Assembly: GCA_040767365.1 (NCBI GenBank)
Contig: JAXGOR010000004.1
Coordinates: forward strand, 134,283-198,282
DNA from: Clostridia bacterium
Lineage (GTDB): Bacteria > Bacillota > Clostridia > Saccharofermentanales > DTU023
Direction of reading: 5' to 3'
Length of the DNA stretch: 64,000 nt
Shown: positions 54,061 through 64,000 of the stretch, one piece after another
Position numbering within the stretch: position 1 is the stretch's first letter
Layout of the letters: every line of letters begins with the position of its first letter
The notes under the pieces: generated by a model
Databases searched by the model: none
What the model was told of the DNA's origin: nothing
Seen by the model: the letters and a program-made list of their open reading frames with translations, nothing else
Made by a program: the position numbers and the translations under genes

Positions 54061-55797
54061 ATGAACCAGCAAGAACTCAAACACCTGATTGACGTGGCGG
54101 CAGGAAGAGAACCGGCGGACCTGGTCCTCAAGAACTGCAAGATCGTCGATGTCGGCCTGGGCGAAATCCGGGAGGGTGACATCGCCTTCGTCGATGGCCT
54201 GATCGCCGGCACAGGGGAATACGAAGGCAGGGAAGTCCTGGACGCCCAAGGCCTGTATGCCCTCCCCGGCCTGATCGATGCCCACATCCACATCGAGTCG
54301 GCCTTTGTGACCCCCGAGGAGATCAGCCGCCTCCTGGTCCCCTTCGGAACCACAAGCATCATCGCCGACCCCCATGAAATCGCCAATGTCGCCGGCATTA
54401 CCGGACTCAACTACATGCTGGACGCGGCCGAAAAGGCCGCCCTCCACATTGAATACGTGGTTCCCTCCTGTGTGCCCGCCACCCCTTTCGAAAACGCCGG
54501 CGCCGTCCTGGAGGCCGGGGACCTGGAGGGTCCTCTCGCCGATGACCGGATCCTGGGCCTGGGTGAGTTCATGAACTTCCCCGGCGTCATCAACGCGGAT
54601 CCGGCCGTCCTCGACAAATTGATTGCCGCCAAGAAGCAAAACAAGCTGATCGACGGCCACAGCCCGGGAATCTCCGGCAAGGAACTCAACGCCTATGCCT
54701 CAGCCGGCATCCTGGCCGACCACGAGTGTTCCACGGCCCTGGAGATGGAGGACAGGCTGGCCAGGGGCCTGTACATCCTCATGCGGCAGGGCTCGGCCTG
54801 CCATAACCTGGAGGACCTCCTCCCCGTCGTCACCTGCAGGAACGCCAGACGCTGCCTGCTTTGTTCCGACGACCGCCAGCCCAAGACCATCCTGGAGGAA
54901 GGCCACCTGGACGATCATCTGAGAAAATGTGTCAAGTTCGGCCTCCACCCCGTCATGGCCGTCCAGATGGCCACCCTCAACGCCGCCGAAGCCTTCGGCC
55001 TGAAGGACAGGGGCGGCATCTTCCCCGGCCTCCGGGCCGACGTGGTCCTGGTCAACAACCTGGAGGACTTCCAGGCCCAACATGTCTACATTGACGGCGT
55101 GGAGGTGGCCAGAAAGGGCAAATACCTCCCCCAGGTCGAACGGGCCGATATCACGCCGGTGAGAAGCAGCGTCCACGTCAAGGATTTTTCGATCGACAGA
55201 TTGAAACTCAAGCTGAAGAAAAACCGGGTCCACGTGATCGATATCCTGCCCGGCGGCGTTGTAACAGGCAAGGGCACCGCCACCGTTACCCTGGATGATA
55301 CCGGTGATTTCGTCTACCAGCCCGACCAGGACATCGTCAAGATCGCCGTCATCGAACGCCATAAAAATACGGGCAATGTAGCCGTCGCCCTCCTGCGGGG
55401 CTATGGCATCAAGGAAGGCGCCGTCGCCCTTTCCATCGCCCACGATTCACACAATATTATCACCGCCGGCACCAATGACCCCGATATGGCCTTTGCCGTC
55501 GAAGAGCTGATCAAGCAAGAAGGCGGCGTCATCCTGGTAAAAGACAAAACCATCCTGGCCAGCCTCCCCCTGCCCGTAGCTGGCATCATGAGCGACCAAT
55601 CGGGCGAATGGGTCAACGACAAGCTGACTGAACTCCACAACACCGCCCTGACAGAGCTGGGCGTCAGCGAGGATCTGGAACCCATCATGACCCTCTGCTT
55701 CATGTCACTGCCGGTCATCCCGGCCCTGAAGCTGACTGACCTGGGACTTTTCGATGTGACCATCTTTGACTTCATCCCACTGGAGGCGGACGACTAG
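54061..55797 (+). CDS. ade: adenine deaminase
   Basis: Track ORF of 578 aa: DLVLKNCKIVDVGLGEIREGDIAFVDGLIAG...GLYALPGLIDAHIHIESAFVTPEE...IADPHEIANV. Confidence 0.88.
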   Translation: MNQQELKHLIDVAAGREPADLVLKNCKIVDVGLGEIREGDIAFVDGLIAGTGEYEGREVLDAQGLYALPGLIDAHIHIESAFVTPEEISRLLVPFGTTSIIADPHEIANVAGITGLNYMLDAAEKAALHIEYVVPSCVPATPFENAGAVLEAGDLEGPLADDRILGLGEFMNFPGVINADPAVLDKLIAAKKQNKLIDGHSPGISGKELNAYASAGILADHECSTALEMEDRLARGLYILMRQGSACHNLEDLLPVVTCRNARRCLLCSDDRQPKTILEEGHLDDHLRKCVKFGLHPVMAVQMATLNAAEAFGLKDRGGIFPGLRADVVLVNNLEDFQAQHVYIDGVEVARKGKYLPQVERADITPVRSSVHVKDFSIDRLKLKLKKNRVHVIDILPGGVVTGKGTATVTLDDTGDFVYQPDQDIVKIAVIERHKNTGNVAVALLRGYGIKEGAVALSIAHDSHNIITAGTNDPDMAFAVEELIKQEGGVILVKDKTILASLPLPVAGIMSDQSGEWVNDKLTELHNTALTELGVSEDLEPIMTLCFMSLPVIPALKLTDLGLFDVTIFDFIPLEADD

Positions 55798-55820
55798 TAT
55801 CATAAGATTGAAAACAAAAG

Positions 55821-55862
55821 GACAACCGTCTCAAGCCTGGTTAAGGGGCGGTTGTCGTTTTC
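55821..55862 (+). terminator. hairpin terminator downstream of ade
   Basis: Stem GACAACCG (55821-55828) pairs with CGGTTGTC (55849-55856), followed by GTTTTCTG. The loop is long (20 nt). Confidence 0.45.
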
Positions 55863-55957
55863 TGTCTCGGCCATATCTATTCAGACGAATTTGGATTGCA
55901 ACATTAGGGGTTAGCGTCCTCAATTATTGGCTTGAGCTGGCGATTTCAATGAATATT

Positions 55958-55987
55958 ATGACATCTGCTAGTAACTAATGTTATAAT
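55958..55987 (+). promoter_or_regulatory. candidate promoter of the cas operon
   Basis: ATGACA (55958-55963), an 18-nt spacer, then TATAAT (55982-55987), about 140 nt upstream of the cas3 ATG. Confidence 0.3.
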
Positions 55988-56126
55988 GGTGGTTAGTTCA
56001 GTCGGCTTCGTCGCAGTTTCAACAACCTTATTTACCTTCGAAAGCGAAATGAACAGAGCCCATCTCCTTCAATGATGGTTGTCGTTGGTACTGTTTCCCA
56101 TTTTCGCATACAAAGAGGCATCGTTG

Positions 56127-58943
56127 ATGGATAATCTGTCAGTCACTGCAAAGCATCTGTGGGCAAAAAAATCAGTCGATCCATTAAATGGTCATCTGTC
56201 TTGGTTGCCTTTAAGTGTGCATATGACAGATACCGCTGGGGTTGCCGAAAAATTATGGGACCGCTGGCTTCCGGATCAGACAAAAGAAGCAATTCGAAGT
56301 GGCCTTAGTCCCCGTCACCAAGCTAGAGAATTATTTATTTTTCTAGCGGCTGCTCATGACATCGGCAAGGCAACGCCTGTCTTTCAGACCAAAACAACTT
56401 GGGCAGGCCGTGGTGGCCGGGCATCACCCGATTTGGATGAACGAATCTATGAGCTATTGGTAGCTACGGGATTGCCGGTGAAACCCGAAAATTTCTTCGG
56501 AAGTCCTGAAAAATCTCCACATGCCTTGGCATCACAACTACTTCTGGAGCGCTTTGGCTGTGATCGAAGCATTGCTGTCATTCTCGGTGCACATCATGGA
56601 AAACCACCCAGCTATTCCCAGCTTCAAAAGAGCGGTATCAATACCTTCCCCAGAAATTTCCATCTAGGTAAAGAGGGCAAAAATATTTGGGTGTCAGTTC
56701 AAGATGAACTCATCTCCAAATCCTCTGGATTGGGGGTTTTACAAGTATAAATGAACTTCCACAAACGAATATGGTCGCTCAAGTTTTATTGAGCGGCTTA
56801 GTGATTATGGCAGACTGGATAGCCAGCAATGAATCCCTCTTTCCCTATCAAAGCCTTGATTGGGATTCTATCCAATACATCGACGATCAACGCTCTGAAC
56901 TAGCTTGGGACAAACTGAACCTCCCCACACCTTGGAAACCAAGTTCAGCAAACAAAGATAATGATCCCTATGCGCTTCGTTTTGGCTATAAGCCAAACCG
57001 TGTACAGGCTGCTGTCTTGACGACGGCACACACAATTCAAAATCCTGGAATAATGATTTTGGAAGCACCATGAGGAGGCGGAAAAACAGAAGCAGCTCTG
57101 GCCGCTGCCGAGGTATTTGCCGGAAAATCAAAATGTTCCGGTTTATTTTTCGCCCTCCCCACCCAGGCAACCACGGATGGCATGTTCCCTCGCATAATCA
57201 ATTGGATTGACCGACTCAACGATGAACGCCTTTCAGTCAGACTTGCTCACTCGAAAGCTCAGTTCAATGAGCGGTATCAGGGTCTCCGATTGTTTGAAGG
57301 CGGCACGAATATTGGCGATGAAGAAGGGGGTGGCGTGGTCCACAGCTGGTTTGAAGGACCAAAAAAATCTCTGTTAGCCGATTTCGTAGTCGGAACAATT
57401 GACCAGTTGCTTCTTGCAGCTTTACGACAAAAGCATGTCATGTTAAGGCATCTGGGCCTGGCGGGGAAAATCATAATCATCGATGAGTGTCATGCCTATG
57501 ACGCTTTTATGAATCAGTATTTGGAAAGGATCCTGGCGTTGGCTGGGAGCTTACGAAGTACCTGTCATCATGCTTTCAGCCACCTTACCGTCGGATTCAC
57601 GTCGAATCCTTATTGAGGCCTATACGGGAATCAAAGTGATAGAAGAAGCCGAACCAGATAATTTTGGCGAAATCAAAGAAATCGCTTTTAACCCACCTGA
57701 TTGGTTGAACAATAGGGCTTATCCTCTCATCACCTACTCCGATAATGAAGTAATCAAATGCATAGAACCCGAAGCGAGCGCGCCGTCCAACAAGGTATCG
57801 ATCAGGTATCTTGCGGAGAGTTCGCTCACAAACGAGATGCGATCCCTCTTGGCCGAAGGTGGCTGCGCAGGAGTGATAGTCAATACTGTCAGGCGATCAC
57901 AGGAAATTGCTGAACAATTGAGGACAGAATTCGGCAAAGAGACTGTCAAACTCATTCATTCCCGATTTCTCGCCCCTGCCCGTATCCAAAAAGAGGGTGA
58001 ACTGCTTCGTGAATTAGGGCCGCCAAGTGAAAAGACAAAACGGCCAACACAGCGCATCTATGTTGGCACGCAGGTATTTGAGCAATCACTTGATATTGAC
58101 TTTGACGTTTTATTTACAGATATCTGTCCTATGGACCTGCTCCTTCAACGTATTGGTCGAATGCACCGGCATGAGCGGTCAAGGCCGACAAAACTTCAAG
58201 ACGCACGATGCTATGTCCTTGAAACTGAAGATGACACCTTCGAAGAAGGCTCCGCTTTTATATATGGGACCTACCTGCTTATGCGCACTAAAGCCTTGTT
58301 ACCGGATACTATCAATCTTCCCCAAGATATCAGCGTCCTCGTAGAAAACACCTATGACGACGAATTCGCCATTGCGCCTATGCCTGAAGATTACGAGATA
58401 GCGAAAAAAGAATGGAAATCCAGTCTGGAGAATAAAAGACGACGTGCACAAGCCTTCCGGATTAGTTCACCCCATGCAGATTTTGCAGAAAATATCACCA
58501 GTTGGCTCGACACAGATCTGAAATCTACGGACCCCTACGCCGAGGCCGCCGTTCGAGACACCAATGAATCTTTTGACGTGCTTCTCATCCAGCGAATTGG
58601 ACCGGGAAAATTCAAGATGATTGTAGATCCCCGCCTTGATCGACAAGAAAGCCCTCTTATCGAGGCAGATATGCCAGCTGACAGAATTGCAATGCGACTG
58701 GCCAGACAGTATATACGCCTACCTGACATATTGTGCAAACCCTGGTCAATTGACGGAACCATTGATGAACTGGAAGAAATGAATATGAAATTGATTCCCG
58801 ATTGGCAAGAATCGAATTGGTTGCGAGGAGAGTTGTTTTTGATCCTCGATGAAAATTTTCAGGTACAACTTAACGGATACCGAATAGCTTACAGCTTTGA
58901 TAATGGATTGAATCACAAAAAAGAGGAGGCAAATGATGGATAA
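56127..58943 (+). pseudogene. cas3: type I-E Cas3 (HD nuclease + SF2 helicase), disrupted by two frameshifts and one in-frame TGA
   Basis: Four track ORFs. 56079..56750 is the HD domain (LAAAHDIGKATPVFQ). 56771..57073 reads ...VLLSGLVIMADWIASNE...IMILEAP then TGA. 57182..57616 reads ...GGGKTEAALAAAE upstream in the same frame, and IIIDECHAYD. 57570..58943 reads VPVIMLSATLP.... The first frameshift lies in the G5 run at 56732-56736, where G6 would restore SGLGGFTSINELP. The TGA is at 57071-57073. The second frameshift is an extra T at 57539-57540, whose removal would restore ERILAWLGAYEVPVIMLSATLP. Confidence 0.87.
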
Positions 58944-60579
58944 AGCTGAATTCAATCTGCTCGACGAACCTTGGATCCTTGCCATGAAATCGGATGGTTC
59001 GCGTCAAGAACTCTCACTTCTTGATGTTTTCCGACGTGCTCATGAATTCGAGAGACTAGCAGGTGAATTGCCAACGCAGGATGTTGCGATCCTCCGGCTT
59101 CTTCTCGCTGTCCTTCACACGGCCTTTTCCCGATACCATCCGGATGGTTCAGAAGAAAAGACCCATAACGAGCAGGATGCGCTGAGACATTGGAAGATTC
59201 TATGGGATGAGGGCACCTTTCCGGGAGATCTCATCAATAATTATCTTAGACAACACCAAGATCGATTCTGGCTTTTTCATCCCGACAAGCCATTCTATCA
59301 AGTGGTTGACATTGGTAGATCCACCGAGTATCCCACGGCAAAACTGATAGGTGAATTGTCTGAAAGTAGCAATAAAATTCGATTGTTTTCACACCGTACG
59401 GGCTCAAGCAAGTCGGGATTATCATATCCTGAAGCAGCACGTTGGCTAATTCACATAAATGCGTTTGATGACACCTCTTCAAAAAGCAGTATCAAGGGAC
59501 TGCCCAGTCCTGGAGCTGGCTGGTTGGGAAAGATCGGGTTGATAACGGCCGTCGGAGATAATCTTTTTCAGACCCTTCTGCTCAATCTCGTCTTCATCAA
59601 TCACAGGGACAAAAGTATCTGGCCTCCTGAGAAACCTTCATGGGAAAAAGAGCTAAAAACAGATGAAAGAACCGAGATCAATGTGCCTGATAACCTGTCC
59701 GAACTATATACGATACAGTCCCGGCGTTTGCGTTTGAAACGTGAAAATGGTTCAGTTACTGGTTATCGCTTGCTCGGGGGAGACTTCTTTGTCACTGGCA
59801 ACGCCTATATTGAGCAAATGACCGTATGGCAAATAGCGGCCAAAAAAAGTGGAAGCGCAAACGAATTTTTCCCAAAACGCCACGACCCTTCCCGACAGCT
59901 TTGGAGGGACTTTTCTTCCCTGGTCGCCCAAAGTGGAAATGCACATATTCCCGGGATCGTTGCCTGGCTGGATTATCTCAGTGAACGCCAATTAATCTCT
60001 CGCCTCCATTTCCGATTTCAGACGACCTCTGTGAAATACGGAGATAAAGATATGGTTTTTGATCATATATTCAGTGATTCCATAACCTTCAATTCAAAAC
60101 TATTAGGTAAGGCCAGCGAAAGCTGGACCAATAGGATTGTCGAAGAAATCGCGACCACTGATCGCCTTGCCTATCAAGCTGGATTATTGGCCGTTAACTT
60201 GGCTAAAGCGTCGGGGAAATCGGGCGGTACCGGCAACAAGATATGGGAAACGGAATTAGATAAGGCCAAGGAGATGGTCTATTTCAGCCTGGACAACCCC
60301 TTCCGGCAATGGCTGGAGTCGATCGATCCCGAGGAAGACGACCTTGACAGTCGAATGGATGAATGGTGGGACCAAGCCAAAAAGATAACCCGAGGGATTG
60401 GCCGTGAAATGGTCAGCCTGGCTGGGCCACAAGCCCTGGTAGGAAGGAGAATCAAGGAAAAGGGCAAGGGCAAAGGTGAGGAGATTGAGCGCTCCTATAC
60501 TGCCCCCAAGGCATACAATTACTTTCTTTACAGAACATCCAACCGAAATGCATTGAAAGGAGGAAGGAAAGATGAATGA
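58933..60579 (+). CDS. casA: type I-E Cascade large subunit Cse1/CasA
   Basis: Track ORF of 548 aa: MMDKAEFNLLDEPWILAMKSDGSRQELSLLDVFRRAHEFERLAGELPTQDVAILRLLLAVLH. Confidence 0.86.
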   Translation: MMDKAEFNLLDEPWILAMKSDGSRQELSLLDVFRRAHEFERLAGELPTQDVAILRLLLAVLHTAFSRYHPDGSEEKTHNEQDALRHWKILWDEGTFPGDLINNYLRQHQDRFWLFHPDKPFYQVVDIGRSTEYPTAKLIGELSESSNKIRLFSHRTGSSKSGLSYPEAARWLIHINAFDDTSSKSSIKGLPSPGAGWLGKIGLITAVGDNLFQTLLLNLVFINHRDKSIWPPEKPSWEKELKTDERTEINVPDNLSELYTIQSRRLRLKRENGSVTGYRLLGGDFFVTGNAYIEQMTVWQIAAKKSGSANEFFPKRHDPSRQLWRDFSSLVAQSGNAHIPGIVAWLDYLSERQLISRLHFRFQTTSVKYGDKDMVFDHIFSDSITFNSKLLGKASESWTNRIVEEIATTDRLAYQAGLLAVNLAKASGKSGGTGNKIWETELDKAKEMVYFSLDNPFRQWLESIDPEEDDLDSRMDEWWDQAKKITRGIGREMVSLAGPQALVGRRIKEKGKGKGEEIERSYTAPKAYNYFLYRTSNRNALKGGRKDE

Positions 60580-61159
60580 CGCGGAAAAACTGGTAGGCGA
60601 ATACGTATCCGGTAAAATTCTAAAACTCCGTGATACAGGCCAAGAATCCTCGACAAAGGCTTTGCTCGCGCACTTGCGACGAGGAATCGGTAAACCGCCG
60701 GGCAGTATGCCCCAACTCTGGGAGATCACCTTCGATGGTTTACCGGACACAATAGCCGGACAAGGGGAGAAACCGTCATATGGGGAGTGGGCGATACACA
60801 TTGCCCTAACTCTCTTTGCACTTCATCAGCAGGGAAAAGACACAAAACAGCAATCAATGTTCTCGCTTGGACAAACCTTGGGGAAAGCGACTCGTGGCTT
60901 GGTCCAAGATGAAGACGATGAACCCCGTATAAAACGTCGTTTTGATGCCATCGCGACCTCTCAGAGTATGGAGGAAATCGCACACCATCTTAGGGGCCTT
61001 GTTCAGTTATTGAGGGCGAATGACATTCCCCTTGATTATAGTTCACTGGCTGTAGATCTATTCAGATTCCAAATGGCTGGTGCCAGAGATTCAGTTCGTT
61101 TGAAATGGGGACAAGATTTTTATCGAGTAAGACAAGAAAAAACATCCGATAAGGAATGA
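60572..61159 (+). CDS. casB: type I-E Cascade small subunit Cse2/CasB
   Basis: Track ORF of 195 aa: ...ALLAHLRRGIGKPPGSMPQLWEITF...RFDAIATSQSMEEIAHHLRGLVQLL. It lies between cse1 and cas7. Confidence 0.8.
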   Translation: MNDAEKLVGEYVSGKILKLRDTGQESSTKALLAHLRRGIGKPPGSMPQLWEITFDGLPDTIAGQGEKPSYGEWAIHIALTLFALHQQGKDTKQQSMFSLGQTLGKATRGLVQDEDDEPRIKRRFDAIATSQSMEEIAHHLRGLVQLLRANDIPLDYSSLAVDLFRFQMAGARDSVRLKWGQDFYRVRQEKTSDKE

Positions 61160-61173
61160 ATTGAAAGGGGACT

Positions 61174-62310
61174 ATGGAAATGAAGGGAAAAAATCTTTTG
61201 TATGTTGATGTACACGTACTTCAAACAGTGCCGCCGAGCTGCGTTAATCGTGATGATACAGGTAGCCCCAAAACTGCCATCTACGGTGGAGCTGTCCGGG
61301 CCCGGGTTTCGTCCCAATGCTGGAAGCGAGCCATGCGGACCATGTTCAAGGAAATCTATCCTCGGGAGAAGTTAGGCGAGAGAACACTTATGGCGGTAAA
61401 GCTAATAGCGGATGAAATTCGCAAGCTGGGAGACCTTGATGATCCCGAAAAAGCGGCGGCGGATATTCTGAATAGCGCAGGAATAAAAACTAAGGCCAAG
61501 GACCGGAAAACAGGAGCTCTTTTCTTTATAAGTTACGCGCAGGCAAAGGCCTTGGCTCAACTTGCAATTGATGAAAGTAAAGAAGAATCAAAGGAGGTGG
61601 AGTTAAAAACCAAAGAAGCGAAGGCAAAAATCAAAGCGGTGGAGGCAAAAGCCAAAGCGGCATTGAAAGAATATCCCGGCATCGATGTTGCCCTATTTGG
61701 CCGGATGGTTGCGGATGACCCATCACTAAATACAGATGCTAGTGCTCAGGTGGCTCACAGCATATCTACCCATCGCGTGGCCAATGAATTCGATTATTTT
61801 ACAGCCGTAGACGATCTTTCTCCGGAGGATACGGCAGGAGCGGGACACATTGGAACTGTCGAATTCAATTCATCCACTTTATACCGCTACGGTACAGTGG
61901 CAGTGCACGACCTGCATAAACAACTTGGAATGGATGCCAGTAGTGCCGTGCGTGAATTCGTTCGTTCGTTTGTGACTTCAATGCCAACAGGCAAACAAAA
62001 TACATTCGCAAACCGAACGCTTCCGGATGCTGTCCTGGTCACTCTGCGTACAGATCAACCCATAAATTTCGTGGGAGCTTATGAATCTCCGATTCCCGCA
62101 AATGACGAGGGTTATATCAGAACCTCCGCCAGTAGACTCGTAGAGCACGCAAATCGCATGTACCACGATTTTGCAAGCGAACCTGCAATGACCCTCGTTA
62201 CAGGTGACTTGCTTTCCGGTTTAGGCTCACCTCAATCATTCACTGACCTGCTTGATGCGTTGGAGGGAGAAATCGGTAAACATTTTTCGGAGCTTGGAGT
62301 CCAGCCATGA
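61174..62310 (+). CDS. casC: type I-E Cascade backbone subunit Cas7e/CasC
   Basis: Track ORF of 378 aa: LLYVDVHVLQTVPPSCVNRDDTGSPKTAIYGGAVRARVSSQCWKRAMR...LFGRMVADDPSLNTDASAQVAHSIST. Confidence 0.88.
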   Translation: MEMKGKNLLYVDVHVLQTVPPSCVNRDDTGSPKTAIYGGAVRARVSSQCWKRAMRTMFKEIYPREKLGERTLMAVKLIADEIRKLGDLDDPEKAAADILNSAGIKTKAKDRKTGALFFISYAQAKALAQLAIDESKEESKEVELKTKEAKAKIKAVEAKAKAALKEYPGIDVALFGRMVADDPSLNTDASAQVAHSISTHRVANEFDYFTAVDDLSPEDTAGAGHIGTVEFNSSTLYRYGTVAVHDLHKQLGMDASSAVREFVRSFVTSMPTGKQNTFANRTLPDAVLVTLRTDQPINFVGAYESPIPANDEGYIRTSASRLVEHANRMYHDFASEPAMTLVTGDLLSGLGSPQSFTDLLDALEGEIGKHFSELGVQP

Positions 62311-63038
62311 GTACCTTGCTTCTACGCCTAGCTTCCCCTCTCCAGTCTTGGGGAGCCGATTCGAAATTCAATCGAAGGGAAACAGAACGTGCCCCAACAA
62401 AGAGTGGAATTATTGGTTTGATAGCCGCCGCTCTTGGTCGTCAACGCCACGAGGCCATTGACGATCTTCGTTCCCTTCGTTTTGGAGTTCGCATTGATCA
62501 AGAGGGAACCTTGCTTCGGGATTTCCATATGGTACACGAAGAACTTTTTTGGAAGCGATTCACCAGCAAGTATGCCCACTTGACAAACCGCTATTACCTT
62601 TCCGATGCCTTATTCCTCGTGGGATTGGAGGGCGAAGATGAGTTTCTCAGAAGAATCGATTCAGCCCTTCAAAATCCTTACTATCCCCTATTTCTTGGTC
62701 GACGGTCTTGTCCCCCCGAGGGAAGAGTCTCGCTCGGGATACGATCAGGTATTGACCTCCTCGACGCACTCAAGGAGGAGCCGTGGCTCGTAAGTGAGTA
62801 TGTTGGGCGTTGGAAGCCAGCAAAAGTCCAATTGAGAATCATCACAGACGCTGAAGAAAACGATGAAGGGTCTTTCTTTCAACAGGACGATCCTCTGACT
62901 TTCGATCAAACCCATCGGAAATTCGAGCATCGTATCTTAAGACAACATCCTTCGCATGTCATTACAAACTTTTACAGTAGACACAATTCGAATGTTGTGA
63001 CCAATCACGATCCGATTGCGGAACTAGAAGAGGTTTAA
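62307..63038 (+). CDS. casD: type I-E Cas5e/CasD
   Basis: Track ORF of 243 aa: MSTLLLRLASPLQSWGADSKFNRRETERAPTKSGIIGLIAAALG...YPLFLGRRSCPP. Confidence 0.86.
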   Translation: MSTLLLRLASPLQSWGADSKFNRRETERAPTKSGIIGLIAAALGRQRHEAIDDLRSLRFGVRIDQEGTLLRDFHMVHEELFWKRFTSKYAHLTNRYYLSDALFLVGLEGEDEFLRRIDSALQNPYYPLFLGRRSCPPEGRVSLGIRSGIDLLDALKEEPWLVSEYVGRWKPAKVQLRIITDAEENDEGSFFQQDDPLTFDQTHRKFEHRILRQHPSHVITNFYSRHNSNVVTNHDPIAELEEV

Positions 63039-63041
63039 GAT

Positions 63042-64000
<959 letters not shown>

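Noticed and set aside
55798-56126. A search for a CRISPR array or leader upstream of cas3, and anywhere else in the window.
   Set aside because: I could not find any regularly spaced 28-37 nt direct repeats. The ade-cas3 spacer contains only a terminator hairpin and promoter-like hexamers. An array, if present, must lie beyond cas1/cas2 outside the window.
57071-57073. The possibility that TGA is recoded (Trp/Gly/Sec) so that cas3 is read through.
   Set aside because: TGA clearly functions as a stop throughout the window (many GTGA/ATGA coupled junctions, rpmJ, secY C-terminus). No SECIS-like context is evident, and the same gene also has two frameshifts.

Overview
This 64-kb window comes from a visibly GC-rich chromosome whose gene order looks Firmicutes/Clostridia-like. 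I did not compute GC values.

Core content:
- The minus strand carries a complete S10-spc-alpha ribosomal supercluster (rpsJ at 41.5 kb down to rplQ at 25.4 kb, including secY, adk, map, infA, rpmJ and rpoA). It is followed by a fused ecfA1-ecfA2, then ecfT, truA, pncB and a PHP phosphatase.
- Other core genes are an iorA-iorB-aminotransferase operon, a CDF transporter, a nitroreductase, tRNA-Ala(GGC), ftsE-ftsX-M23 peptidase-ctpA, a PucR regulator, fhs, a Crp/Fnr regulator, a SIMPL protein and adenine deaminase.

Accessory content sits in three AT-richer blocks:
1. 1-3.7 kb holds an McrB-type AAA+ GTPase gene cut by the window edge and a decayed IS256-family element.
2. 11.3-13.9 kb, next to tRNA-Ala, holds two toxin-antitoxin pairs. 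Both antitoxins are intact and both toxins are frameshifted.
3. 55.8-64 kb holds a type I-E cas locus (cas3, cse1, cse2, cas7, cas5, cas6e, and the start of cas1). No CRISPR array is in view, cas3 carries three lesions, and cas6e carries one.

An intact IS30-family element with a perfect 13-bp target duplication sits 25 bp upstream of the S10-operon promoter.

The most system-like unexplained locus is a co-directional cluster at 3.76-11.3 kb. It encodes an ECF sigma factor, a 117-aa two-TM protein, a polytopic membrane protein, a PrsW-family protease, a second paralogous 117-aa two-TM protein, and a 1614-aa secreted FG-GAP/FN3/B-repeat protein.

Caveat: I read 9 single-nucleotide frameshifts and 2 in-frame stops in 7 genes, including the core genes secY and fhs. 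Assembly error must be excluded before any biological interpretation.
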